Assembly (NCBI GenBank): GCA_900320735.1
Contig: ONTJ01000031.1
Location: forward strand, 1 to 56,785
Length of the DNA stretch: 56,785 nucleotides
Source of the DNA: an uncultured Eubacteriales bacterium
GTDB lineage: Bacteria > Bacillota_I > Bacilli_A > RF39 > UBA660
Direction: 5' to 3'
Positions 38,489-46,863 of this stretch are shown one piece after another. Made by a program: the position numbers and the translations under genes. Positions within the stretch are counted from its first letter, which is position 1. Each line of letters begins with the position of its first letter. The notes beneath the pieces are model-generated. The model was not told where the DNA came from. It did no database searches and saw only the letters and a list, made by a program, of their open reading frames with translations.

Positions 38489-39421
38489 ATGAGTAAAAAA
38501 ATAGCAGTTTTGATTCCTTGTTATAATGAATCAAAAACAATTGAAAAAGTAGTTAAAGATTATAAAACAGTATTACCAGATGCAGATATATATGTTTATG
38601 ATAATAATTCTACAGATGGTACTGACAAGATAGCTAAAAAAGCTGGTGCAATAGTAAAGTATGAATACAAGCAAGGAAAGGGTAACGTAATTCGAAGTAT
38701 GTTTAGAGACATTAATGCTGATTGCTATTTAATGATAGATGGTGACGATACTTATCCAAAAGAAAATGCAAAAGAAATGTGTGATTACGTTTTAAATGGA
38801 CAAGCTGATATGGTTATTGGTGATAGATTATCAAGCACATATTTCACTGAAAATAAAAGACCATTTCACAATTTTGGAAATGTCCTAGTTAGAAAACTTA
38901 TTAATACACTTTTTAAAAGTAAAGTAAAGGATATTATGACAGGTTATCGTGCATTCAGCTATGATTTTGTTAAAACATTTCCTGTTTTGTCAAAAGGATT
39001 TGAAATTGAAACTGAAATGACAATTCATGCGTTAGATAAGAATTTCTTGCTTAAAGAAATTCCAGTAGAATATAGAGATAGACCAGAGGGTAGTGTGTCA
39101 AAGTTAAATACATTTAGTGATGGATTTAAAGTGCTAAAAACAATAGGTAGATTATTTAAAGAATACAAACCAATGATATTCTTTGGGTTAATAAGCTTAT
39201 TATTTTTTGTGATATCACTTATATTTGGTATACCTGTATTTGCAGAGTATTTTAAGACAGGTTTTGTTCCTAGATTTCCAACATTAATTTTTTCTGGATT
39301 TATGTTAACAATATCATTGTTATTATTTATTTGTGGAGTAATACTTGAAGTAGTTGTAAAAAAACATAGACAATTATTTGAATTATTTTTAATTAATTCA
39401 AGGAAAAATGATGATAAATAA
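38489..39421 (+). CDS. GT2 polyprenyl-phosphate glycosyltransferase (GtrB/CsbB-like)
   Basis: 310 aa. A GT2 domain (VLIPCYNESKTIEKVV, DNNSTDGT, IDGDDTY) is followed by two C-terminal TM helices, the usual GtrB/DPM1-like layout. Confidence 0.8.
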   Translation: MSKKIAVLIPCYNESKTIEKVVKDYKTVLPDADIYVYDNNSTDGTDKIAKKAGAIVKYEYKQGKGNVIRSMFRDINADCYLMIDGDDTYPKENAKEMCDYVLNGQADMVIGDRLSSTYFTENKRPFHNFGNVLVRKLINTLFKSKVKDIMTGYRAFSYDFVKTFPVLSKGFEIETEMTIHALDKNFLLKEIPVEYRDRPEGSVSKLNTFSDGFKVLKTIGRLFKEYKPMIFFGLISLLFFVISLIFGIPVFAEYFKTGFVPRFPTLIFSGFMLTISLLLFICGVILEVVVKKHRQLFELFLINSRKNDDK

Positions 39422-39809
39422 GTTAAAGAATAATAAATTATTTCTACAAATATTTAAATTTGGATTTGTTGGTGGACTTGCATTTTTAATAGACTATGGT
39501 GTTTTAATTTTTTGCAAAGAAGTACTTGGTTTTAATGTATTATTATCAGCCGCACTTGGTTTTAGTATTTCTGTTGTATTTAATTACATCGCAAGTGTTA
39601 AATGGGTATTTGATGTTGATGAAGCAAAAAGTAAAAGTAAAAACTTTATTTTATTCATAATTTTTAGCATAATTGGTTTATTACTTACTGAATTAATTAT
39701 GTATATAGGTACTGACAAACTATCTTTCAATTATATGATCGTCAAGATAATAGCAACAGCAGTTGTTATGGTCTTTAATTTTATTACAAGAAAAATATTT
39801 TTAGAGTAA
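39408..39809 (+). CDS. GtrA-family small membrane protein
   Basis: 133 aa with 4 TM helices. FKFGFVGGLAFLIDYGVL is the GtrA signature. It overlaps the upstream gene by 14 nt. Confidence 0.8.
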   Translation: MMINKLKNNKLFLQIFKFGFVGGLAFLIDYGVLIFCKEVLGFNVLLSAALGFSISVVFNYIASVKWVFDVDEAKSKSKNFILFIIFSIIGLLLTELIMYIGTDKLSFNYMIVKIIATAVVMVFNFITRKIFLE

Positions 39810-39837
39810 TTTAAAAATATTTTTTTTAAATCAAAAT

Positions 39838-39865
39838 AAAAAGCATAGATAATCTATGCTTTTTT
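39838..39865. terminator. bidirectional intrinsic terminator between convergent genes
   Basis: AAAAAGCATAGAT pairs with ATCTATGCTTTTT to form a hairpin centred near 39851, flanked by A and T runs. Confidence 0.7.
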
Positions 39866-40891
39866 ATTATTAATTAAGCTTTTATAGAATTTATCCCACA
39901 TCTTATAAATATTTTCTTTGCAATAAAAATTTGATATATACTTTGCATTTTCAACAGCCTCTTGATAAGTTTTTTTATCAGTACTTAGTTTTGTTATTAA
40001 TTTAGCAAAGTCATCATTATTATCAGCACATAAATATTTTTTAAATAATATATCTTCATATAATTCTAAATTTCTTAAAACTATTGGAGTATTAGTTGAA
40101 CATGCCTCAAGTATAGTCATAGGAAATAATTCATTATAAGATGGTACGAATAGCAAATCACTTATATTAAATAAATCATTCATGTCATCTCGTGGAATAA
40201 TACCTAAAAAATTGACATTTTTAGGTGGATGTTGCATTACCTTTTCAAGTTCTTTATGTCCATCAGTAATCGCACCAAAAGAGAAGCCTCCGGCCCAGAT
40301 AAATTTTACATTAGGAATCATTTTAGCTACTTCTACAAAATCCAAAACACCTTTTCTATTTTGTACTTGTCCAGCTCCCAATACTACAAAATCTTTTTCA
40401 TCTAATCCATATTTTTTTCTTAGTTTCTTTATTTCACTAGGACTTTTTTTATAAAATTTTTCTTTAGATACGAAATTAGGAATGTATGTTATTTTTTCTT
40501 CTTTAAGACCTGCTTTTATCATATCTTTTTTAAAAATAGGATTTACTACAACTATATGATCAGCTGATTTGTAAAAACTAATTACATATTTTTTAAATAT
40601 TTTAAATGCTAATTTAGGCAATTTTATAGATCCATCTAATGTATCTGGTAAGAAATGTACGTAGGCAATTGTGGGTACTTTTGCTCTTTTTAATTTAATG
40701 TAATTCCTAGGTTCAACAGTATGTGCATGGATTATATCACTATTTTTGATTTTGTCATTCAATAATATTTCAAAATCATCTTTTCCATCTTCTTTTAAAA
40801 GTTTCATAAGCTCAAGATATGCGGAACCAACACCTTGTCCATCAACTGAATCTGCCATTGAAAGCATATTTATTCTAATTTTTTTACTCAT
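39854..40891 (-). CDS. GT4-family glycosyltransferase (possibly a glycolipid synthase)
   Basis: 345 aa. The N-terminus reads INMLSMADSVDGQGVGSAYLEL, and the C-domain reads LGAGQVQNRKG…SYNELFPMTILEA. It is monocistronic on the minus strand. Confidence 0.75.
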   Translation of the reverse strand: MSKKIRINMLSMADSVDGQGVGSAYLELMKLLKEDGKDDFEILLNDKIKNSDIIHAHTVEPRNYIKLKRAKVPTIAYVHFLPDTLDGSIKLPKLAFKIFKKYVISFYKSADHIVVVNPIFKKDMIKAGLKEEKITYIPNFVSKEKFYKKSPSEIKKLRKKYGLDEKDFVVLGAGQVQNRKGVLDFVEVAKMIPNVKFIWAGGFSFGAITDGHKELEKVMQHPPKNVNFLGIIPRDDMNDLFNISDLLFVPSYNELFPMTILEACSTNTPIVLRNLELYEDILFKKYLCADNNDDFAKLITKLSTDKKTYQEAVENAKYISNFYCKENIYKMWDKFYKSLINNKKA

Positions 40892-40906
40892 ATTATCACC
40901 AATCTA

Positions 40907-40915
40907 ATTATAACA
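40907..40915 (-). promoter_or_regulatory. extended -10 promoter (TGtTATAAT on the minus strand)
   Basis: The reverse complement of 40907-40915 reads TGTTATAAT, upstream of the GGTGAT RBS and the minus-strand ATG at 40891. Confidence 0.45.
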
Positions 40916-40950
40916 TATGATAATAATTTGTAAAATACAATTATTATAAA

Positions 40951-40980
40951 TTGACAACACACATATTTATAAGTTAAAAT
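40951..40980 (+). promoter_or_regulatory. sigma-A-type promoter
   Basis: TTGACA (40951-40956), an 18-nt spacer, then TAAAAT (40975-40980). Confidence 0.55.
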
Positions 40981-41003
40981 AAAATAGAAATGGAGTGATA
41001 GAA

Positions 41004-41807
41004 ATGAAGTACTGTTCTAAATGTGGTTCAGAAAATGATGCGGAAGTAAAATTTTGTAGTAAATGTGGAAACTCATTTGAAAATGAAGTATCGGAAAACA
41101 AAAATGTAGTAAGCAAAAATAAGGAAGGACTTGGAGTGGCATCACTTGTAATTGGTATAATAGCATTAGTATTATCTTTTACATGTATATTCTTTATACC
41201 ATTCTTTATTATATTTCCACTTGCACTTGTAGGGTTAATACTAGGTATAGTAAATAAGGTCAAAAAAGGTAGAAAATTTGCAGGTATTATATTAAATGCA
41301 TTTGCATTATTAATATCTATAGTAACATGCATTTTATTTTTCGTGGTAGTAGGATTGACAGTTGACGAAGCAACAACTGAAGGAACTGATTTAAATAAAT
41401 TCATAAATAGATTCTATAATGAACTTGAAAGAGAAACATCAGATAATTATGTAGAAGGTTCATACAATTGCAAAAGTTATTCTGGAAGTGGTGAATCAAA
41501 CGATTATATAGTTCATTTTGATTTATACAAAGATAATACTTTTGTATGGGGCAAATATAATGATACTAATAATAATTATGTAAAAGGAACATATACATTT
41601 AAAGATTTAGACAAGAAAAATGCAAGTGGTGAATATAGTTATTACAATATTAAATTAGATGGTGAAGAATATTACGTAAATTCCGTTAAACAAGATCAAA
41701 AATATGCATCTGAATATGAATTTGGTATAACAGCAGTTAATAGAAAAAAACAAGGTATATTAATGAATGTTAGAACTTATAACATGTATTATTGTTATGA
41801 AGAATAA
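41004..41807 (+). CDS. zinc-ribbon / DUF4190-like membrane protein
   Basis: I prefer ATG 41004 (MKYCSKCGSENDAEVKFCSKCG is a CxxC…CxxC ribbon) because of the TGGAG RBS; the track start 40995 is a GTG. Small-residue-rich TM helices are followed by a Y/N/K-rich soluble domain. Confidence 0.65.
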   Translation: MKYCSKCGSENDAEVKFCSKCGNSFENEVSENKNVVSKNKEGLGVASLVIGIIALVLSFTCIFFIPFFIIFPLALVGLILGIVNKVKKGRKFAGIILNAFALLISIVTCILFFVVVGLTVDEATTEGTDLNKFINRFYNELERETSDNYVEGSYNCKSYSGSGESNDYIVHFDLYKDNTFVWGKYNDTNNNYVKGTYTFKDLDKKNASGEYSYYNIKLDGEEYYVNSVKQDQKYASEYEFGITAVNRKKQGILMNVRTYNMYYCYEE

Positions 41808-41836
41808 GTCCGTTTTGGACTTATTTTTATTTTTTT
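41806..41836 (+). terminator. intrinsic terminator
   Basis: AAGTCC (41806-41811) pairs with GGACTT (41817-41822), followed by ATTTTTATTTTTTT. Confidence 0.7.
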
Positions 41837-41862
41837 ATAATATATTATAATGTATCATTTTT

Positions 41863-41891
41863 TTGACAAAAGAGTCATTATATGATAAAAT
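41863..41891 (+). promoter_or_regulatory. near-consensus sigma-A promoter driving the ncRNA
   Basis: TTGACA (41863-41868), a 17-nt spacer ending in TG (41883-41884), then TAAAAT (41886-41891). No ORF follows it. Confidence 0.7.
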
Positions 41892-41897
41892 TAAGTT

Positions 41898-42509
41898 GTA
41901 TGAAGGGTGCAGTATCCTAGTTGGTACATCTATTATGAAGACGAGCCTAAAAATTCGTTAAAGAGCATACCTGTGAAACTTCTTGTGCTTGCTTGAATCG
42001 CCCAGATTTGGGTGGGTGCTGGGAGGTAGTTATCTGGGGAGCTTATAATGGCATATAAGTGTAGCCCATATGACATAGAGACTTAATATTGTGCTAAACC
42101 GAAATATAGTACGAATTAAGATTAAACCTACTTTGAGGCGAAAGTTTTGAGTAGTGTAGCTTGCCTTGAGTGAATACACTGGGATTATAATATGTATGAA
42201 TAATTTATGGCCAAAATTATTTATATGGATTTGTTATATGAAATTGTATTTGCAAAAAAGACTAATAATAGATAAATATCAGTGAGGAAATCTCCTAGGC
42301 TGTATGTCGATATAAGTTTGCAGTGCGTACTAAGTGGCAATCAAGTCGTATACTTAGGTAACGGTATATACAATTATTAAAGGGGAACCGCCTTTTGGTA
42401 ACGAAAGGTTAATTTGTGGGAAATCCTACTTGACCTATGACGCAAAGTTAATTATATTGATACCAATCATATTTTTTTATTGATACAAACGCATATAATG
42501 CGTTTTTTT
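41898..42509 (+). ncRNA. large structured non-coding RNA (about 610 nt), family unassigned (OLE/ROOL size class)
   Basis: No ORF of 60 aa or more lies on either strand between 41808 and 42523. The element has its own promoter and intrinsic terminator. G+C is markedly higher than the surroundings. It contains multiple hairpins, including a GAAA-tetraloop hairpin at 42128-42154, and long-range helices (42307-42315 with 42452-42460; 42317-42321 with 42442-42446). Confidence 0.7.
42487..42509 (+). terminator. intrinsic terminator of the ncRNA
   Basis: ACGCA (42489-42493) pairs with TGCGT (42499-42503), followed by TTTTTT. Confidence 0.75.
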
Positions 42510-42533
42510 AATCTTTAAATAAGATGTTTTTTA

Positions 42534-42542
42534 TGTTATACT
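42534..42542 (+). promoter_or_regulatory. extended -10 promoter (TGtTATACT)
   Basis: TGTTATACT lies upstream of the AGAGGT RBS and ATG 42563. Confidence 0.4.
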
Positions 42543-42562
42543 TTTATATAGAGGTATTTAAT

Positions 42563-44311
42563 ATGAAGAATAAGGGTTTGATAATTAAAATAATTATTTC
42601 GGTACTTGTAATTTTATTTTTATTATTTGCAGGCAAGTCAATTTTTAATAAATTTAATAGGAATACTCAAATTCAAGGTATAAGACGTGCGTCATATTCT
42701 GATTATGATAATGTATATTGTATTGAGTATAATTGCGAAGCACTCGCAGCGATTAAAGAAGATAGAAAGGAAATAACCATTTTTAATGTAGCCGGAGATA
42801 AAGCATTTAAGTACATTAATAAAAATGATGAAATACCTAAAAATGTAACAGATACTTATTATATTTCGTACTCAAATAAAAAAAATGAATATTATGTACG
42901 AAATAGAGGAAATAAATTATTATTTAAATCCACAAATACATTAACTAAACTAACAGATGATTATTTAATTATGTATAATGGAGTGAATTATTCAATAATT
43001 GATACAACAGGAAAAGAAATATATAAAAATGTATTAAGTTACAAAAAATATGATGATATTTATGAAATAAAGAGTAATGAAAATGTATATATATTAAATA
43101 AAAAATTAGAAAAATTACTTGTTAATTATAATATTTCTAAAGTTTATAAAGATGAATATGATATATTATATTTAATTGTCCAGAATATCGAAAATAAAAA
43201 TTATTATTATTATAATGTTGCTAAAGAAAAAATAATTGGTAACCCCTTTAAATCATATATTGAAAAGAAAAATAATATAATAATTAAAGATAAAAATAAT
43301 ATAGAATATATATTAAGTGAAACTGGAAAACAAGTAAGAATAACCTTAGATAAAAAAGTAGTAAAAAATATAAGTAGAAATTATACTATTTATAATGAAA
43401 GTATTTATAATGAAAAACAAAAATATATTCTCGTAGATAGTAAGAAAGAAAATGCAATAGGAATTTTGGATATAGGAAAAAATAAATTTTATAAATTATA
43501 TTCATATAAAAAAATAAAGAATATTAAATCTGAAATTAGTACGTTAAATGCAGATAATCTCACACTTAAAATATCTTGTTCTTATGCGTGTGATGAAAAT
43601 AAAACTGTTATTTATGATATGGAAGATAATAGAGAATTATTTAGAAAAAATAGTCAGATATATTCGTATATGCAATTTAGTGATAATCATAAAATTGTAA
43701 AATTAAGTGGTAATTTATATGTAGTATATGATAAAAACAATAAAAAAATATTTAAAAGTGAAAAAAAATTATTTATTGCAAATAAGAAAATATTAATAGG
43801 AGATATTCCATATTCTGATATATATTTATATTCTATATCTAAAAATAAAATAATAAATGATAAACCATTAATTATAAATCAGATTAATGATAATATATTA
43901 TATAAAAATATTAATGATAAAAGGGTAACATATATCAATGAAAATGGTGATGTGGTTATTGATATTAACACTAGCAATTATATAAAATTAATTGATAATT
44001 ATTATATTTATATAAACGATAATAATTATTTGAATGTCTATGATATAAATAAAGATAAAACATATAGTTATAAATTTAAAAAAGGTGAATCAATTAAAAA
44101 TATGTATGACTATATTATTAATCCATATAATAATGCTATATTTATTAGTAATAATGATGAACAATATATCAAAATTATGAATTTTAAATTTGATTTGTTT
44201 ACAAAAATAAATGATGCAAAACTATACCAAGTCAAAATAAATGATAAAAATGGTAATGCATATATGATAGTAAAAAATAAAGATAAATATAATATTTATA
44301 TTGCAAAATAA
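42563..44311 (+). CDS. membrane-anchored repeat protein (beta-propeller/WG-repeat-like), unknown function
   Basis: I prefer ATG 42563 (MKNKGLIIKIIISVLVILFLLFAGKS is a signal anchor). The rest consists of reiterated Y/N/K/I-rich modules of about 40-50 aa (…YYVRNRGNKLLFK…, …YSIIDTTGKEIYKN…, …LYVVYDKNNKKIFKS…). The coding DNA is extremely AT-rich. Confidence 0.6.
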   Translation: MKNKGLIIKIIISVLVILFLLFAGKSIFNKFNRNTQIQGIRRASYSDYDNVYCIEYNCEALAAIKEDRKEITIFNVAGDKAFKYINKNDEIPKNVTDTYYISYSNKKNEYYVRNRGNKLLFKSTNTLTKLTDDYLIMYNGVNYSIIDTTGKEIYKNVLSYKKYDDIYEIKSNENVYILNKKLEKLLVNYNISKVYKDEYDILYLIVQNIENKNYYYYNVAKEKIIGNPFKSYIEKKNNIIIKDKNNIEYILSETGKQVRITLDKKVVKNISRNYTIYNESIYNEKQKYILVDSKKENAIGILDIGKNKFYKLYSYKKIKNIKSEISTLNADNLTLKISCSYACDENKTVIYDMEDNRELFRKNSQIYSYMQFSDNHKIVKLSGNLYVVYDKNNKKIFKSEKKLFIANKKILIGDIPYSDIYLYSISKNKIINDKPLIINQINDNILYKNINDKRVTYINENGDVVIDINTSNYIKLIDNYYIYINDNNYLNVYDINKDKTYSYKFKKGESIKNMYDYIINPYNNAIFISNNDEQYIKIMNFKFDLFTKINDAKLYQVKINDKNGNAYMIVKNKDKYNIYIAK

Positions 44312-44351
44312 AGGAGTATAAAACTCTTTTTTAAAGTTAGGATGTGATTTA

Positions 44352-45932
44352 ATGCTTCAAGTTAGTAATTTAAGTTTAAAATTTAATACACGTGTGTTAT
44401 TTGAAAATGTAAATATAAAATTTGAAAAAGGAAACTGTTATGGTGTGATAGGTGCCAATGGCGCAGGGAAATCTACCTTTTTAAAAATATTAAGTGGGGA
44501 ACTAGAATCTACAACAGGGGATGTTATTATATCTAAGGGAGAAAGAATATCAGTCTTAAAACAAGATCATAATGGATATGATGACTATAATGTTATTGAT
44601 ACAGTCATTCAAGGAAATGATAAACTATATAGTATAATGAAAGAAAAAGAATTATTATATTCTAAAGAAGATTTCACTGAAATAGATGGTATTAGAGCGG
44701 GTGAATTAGAATCAGAATTTGCTGATTTAAATGGATGGAATGCTGAGAGTGATGCTGCCATATTACTAAGTGGTTTAGGTCTTGATAATTCATATACTAC
44801 TAAATATATGAGAGAACTAACAGGTGCAGAAAAAGTAAAAGTGTTACTTGCTAGAGCCTTATTTGGTGACCCTGATATACTAATACTAGATGAACCAACC
44901 AATTATCTAGACATTGATGCAAAAATATGGCTAGAAGAATTTTTAATAAATTTTGATAATACTGTAATAGTAGTATCGCATGATAGACACTTTTTAAACA
45001 AAGTATGTACTCATATGCTTGATATAGATTATGGGAAAATAACTATGTTTATAGGTAATTATGATTTTTGGTATCAATCTAGTGAATTAATATTAAAACA
45101 AATGAAGGAATCAAATAAGAAAAAAGAAGAAAAAATAAAAGAATTAAAGGAATTTATTGCGAGATTTTCCGCAAATGCATCTAAGTCCAGACAAGCAACA
45201 AGTAGAAAAAAATCCTTAGAAAAGATAGAATTAGATGAAATGAAGGCTTCTTCAAGAAAATATCCATATATCAATTTTGAAATCGAAAGGCCACTTGGTA
45301 AAGATGTAGTTCAACTAAAAAATATTTCAAAAGAAATCGATGGACAGGTATTACTGAAAAATATGAATTTAACGATAAATACAAATGATAAGGTTGGATT
45401 TATTGGAAATGAACAATCAATAACTGCATTATTTGAAATATTATCTGGTAATTTGAAACCTGATAGTGGTGAAATTATTTGGGGTACAACTGTAAAATAT
45501 GATTACTTTCCTAAAAAACATGATGAGTATTTCAATAATGATTTGAACTTAATAGAATTCCTTAGACAATATTCAAAAAATCAAGAAGAACCATTTATTA
45601 GAGGTTTTCTTGGAAGAATGTTATTTTCAAAAGAAGAAGCACTAAAAAAAGTAAAAGTATTATCTGGTGGAGAAAAAGTAAGATGTATGTTTTCAAAATT
45701 AATGCTTTCATATTCTAATGTACTTATTTTAGATGATCCAACAAATCACCTTGATATTGAATCAATAACGTCATTAAATAAAGCAATGGAAAATTATAAG
45801 GGAGTATTGTTATTTTCATCGAATGATCATGAGCTTCTATCAACAGTAGCAAATAGAATAATAGAATTTACTGAAGATGGAAAATATATAGATAAATTAA
45901 TGACATATGATGAATATATACAGCAAAATTAA
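44352..45932 (+). CDS. ABC-F family ATPase (two fused ABC domains, no TM domain)
   Basis: 526 aa. There are two nucleotide-binding domains with Walker A GANGAGKST, signatures LTGAEK and LSGGEK, and Walker B LILDEPTN and LILDDPTN. A charged inter-domain linker joins them. Confidence 0.85.
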   Translation: MLQVSNLSLKFNTRVLFENVNIKFEKGNCYGVIGANGAGKSTFLKILSGELESTTGDVIISKGERISVLKQDHNGYDDYNVIDTVIQGNDKLYSIMKEKELLYSKEDFTEIDGIRAGELESEFADLNGWNAESDAAILLSGLGLDNSYTTKYMRELTGAEKVKVLLARALFGDPDILILDEPTNYLDIDAKIWLEEFLINFDNTVIVVSHDRHFLNKVCTHMLDIDYGKITMFIGNYDFWYQSSELILKQMKESNKKKEEKIKELKEFIARFSANASKSRQATSRKKSLEKIELDEMKASSRKYPYINFEIERPLGKDVVQLKNISKEIDGQVLLKNMNLTINTNDKVGFIGNEQSITALFEILSGNLKPDSGEIIWGTTVKYDYFPKKHDEYFNNDLNLIEFLRQYSKNQEEPFIRGFLGRMLFSKEEALKKVKVLSGGEKVRCMFSKLMLSYSNVLILDDPTNHLDIESITSLNKAMENYKGVLLFSSNDHELLSTVANRIIEFTEDGKYIDKLMTYDEYIQQN

Positions 45933-45934
45933 AA

Positions 45935-46228
45935 ATGAAATTAGACGAATATTATAAATTACTTTTAGAAAGTTACTATGGTATAGATTTAATAGATGAA
46001 TATGATTTAAAAGTGTATGTATTAAAAGAAATAGAAGAATTAATGAATGATTTTAAAAACAGATATGATATAGATACACATAATATTTTGAATTATGTCA
46101 AAAATGATGTAAGTGATAAATTAAAACTTCAATCCAGTTTAATAGTACTAAATCAAATAAATGGACCAATAGAATTAATATTATTAATAAAAAATAGATT
46201 AAAAGAAATAAATAAGGAGATTATATGA
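45935..46228 (+). CDS. hypothetical protein
   Basis: 97-aa ORF that starts 2 nt after the ABC-F stop and overlaps the next gene by 4 nt. Confidence 0.5.
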   Translation: MKLDEYYKLLLESYYGIDLIDEYDLKVYVLKEIEELMNDFKNRYDIDTHNILNYVKNDVSDKLKLQSSLIVLNQINGPIELILLIKNRLKEINKEII

Positions 46229-46830
46229 TAAAAAAAATAGTTTTAACTGGGGGACCATGTGGTGGGAAAACAAGTGCAATAAATCATATTAAAGAAATTT
46301 ATGAGGAAAAAGGATATATAGTTTTATCTATAAATGAAACTGCAACTGAACTTATGAATATGGGAATAAAGCCTTTTGGATTAAGTGAAATAAGTATAGA
46401 CAAGTTTCAGGAATATATATTCTATCTTCAATTATTTAAAGAAATGCTAATAGATAAATATATATCTGATAATAAAGATAAAAATATACTAGTTTTACTT
46501 GATAGGTGCATATTAGATAATAATTCATATGTAAGTGATGAGAAGTTTAATGAATTACTTAATAAATTTAATGTAGACAGACAAAGTTATATAAATAAAT
46601 ATGACTTGTTTATACATTTAGTAAGTGCTGCCATAGATACTAATGAATATAATGTATCAAATAATAGTGCTAGAATAGAAAGCAAAGAAGAAGCAAAAGA
46701 AAAAGATAATAATATAAGAAATTGTTACAAAGATGTTAATAATTATGTAATTATAGATAATAGCACTAATTTTGAAGAAAAACTAAAAAAAGTGGAGCAA
46801 GAAATAAGCAATTTAATACAAAGTAAATAA
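46225..46830 (+). CDS. P-loop NTPase (AAA_28/NadR-kinase-like)
   Basis: 201 aa with an N-terminal Walker A motif, LTGGPCGGKTS, and a Walker-B-like LVLLDR. Confidence 0.6.
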   Translation: MIKKIVLTGGPCGGKTSAINHIKEIYEEKGYIVLSINETATELMNMGIKPFGLSEISIDKFQEYIFYLQLFKEMLIDKYISDNKDKNILVLLDRCILDNNSYVSDEKFNELLNKFNVDRQSYINKYDLFIHLVSAAIDTNEYNVSNNSARIESKEEAKEKDNNIRNCYKDVNNYVIIDNSTNFEEKLKKVEQEISNLIQSK

Positions 46831-46846
46831 TATTTACTTTTTTTTT
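46821..46846 (+). terminator. intrinsic terminator
   Basis: AAGTAAAT (46821-46828) pairs with ATTTACTT (46832-46839), followed by a T run. Confidence 0.55.
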
Positions 46847-46863
46847 GCATAAATTTTAAACAG

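Noticed and set aside
40967-41404. 145-aa minus-strand ORF and the 90-aa plus-strand ORF 40182-40454.
   Set aside because: They lie antisense to the zinc-ribbon/DUF4190 gene and the GT4 gene respectively. They have no independent signals.
41898-42509. Whether the large RNA is RNase P RNA, tmRNA, SRP RNA, a T-box or riboswitch, or an ORF-less group II intron.
   Set aside because: I could not find the RNase P P4 strands (GAGGAAAGUCC and ACAGAA…GGCUUA); the nearest match is only GAGGAAATCTCC at 42284-42295. Also absent are a tmRNA GGGG…tRNA-like CCA end or tag ORF, the SRP domain IV GGAA/AGCA motif, and a group II domain V with its AGC triad. A GTGCG at 42324 lies far too close to the 3' end to be an intron start. 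No gene follows in cis before the terminator, so it is not a leader. These are by-eye exclusions and need covariance-model confirmation.
42524-42562. Upstream extension of the repeat-protein ORF (MFFMLYFYIEVFN…) given in the track.
   Set aside because: It would begin right after the ncRNA terminator and would include the TGTTATACT -10 element. ATG 42563 has a proper AGAGGT RBS and starts a typical signal anchor.
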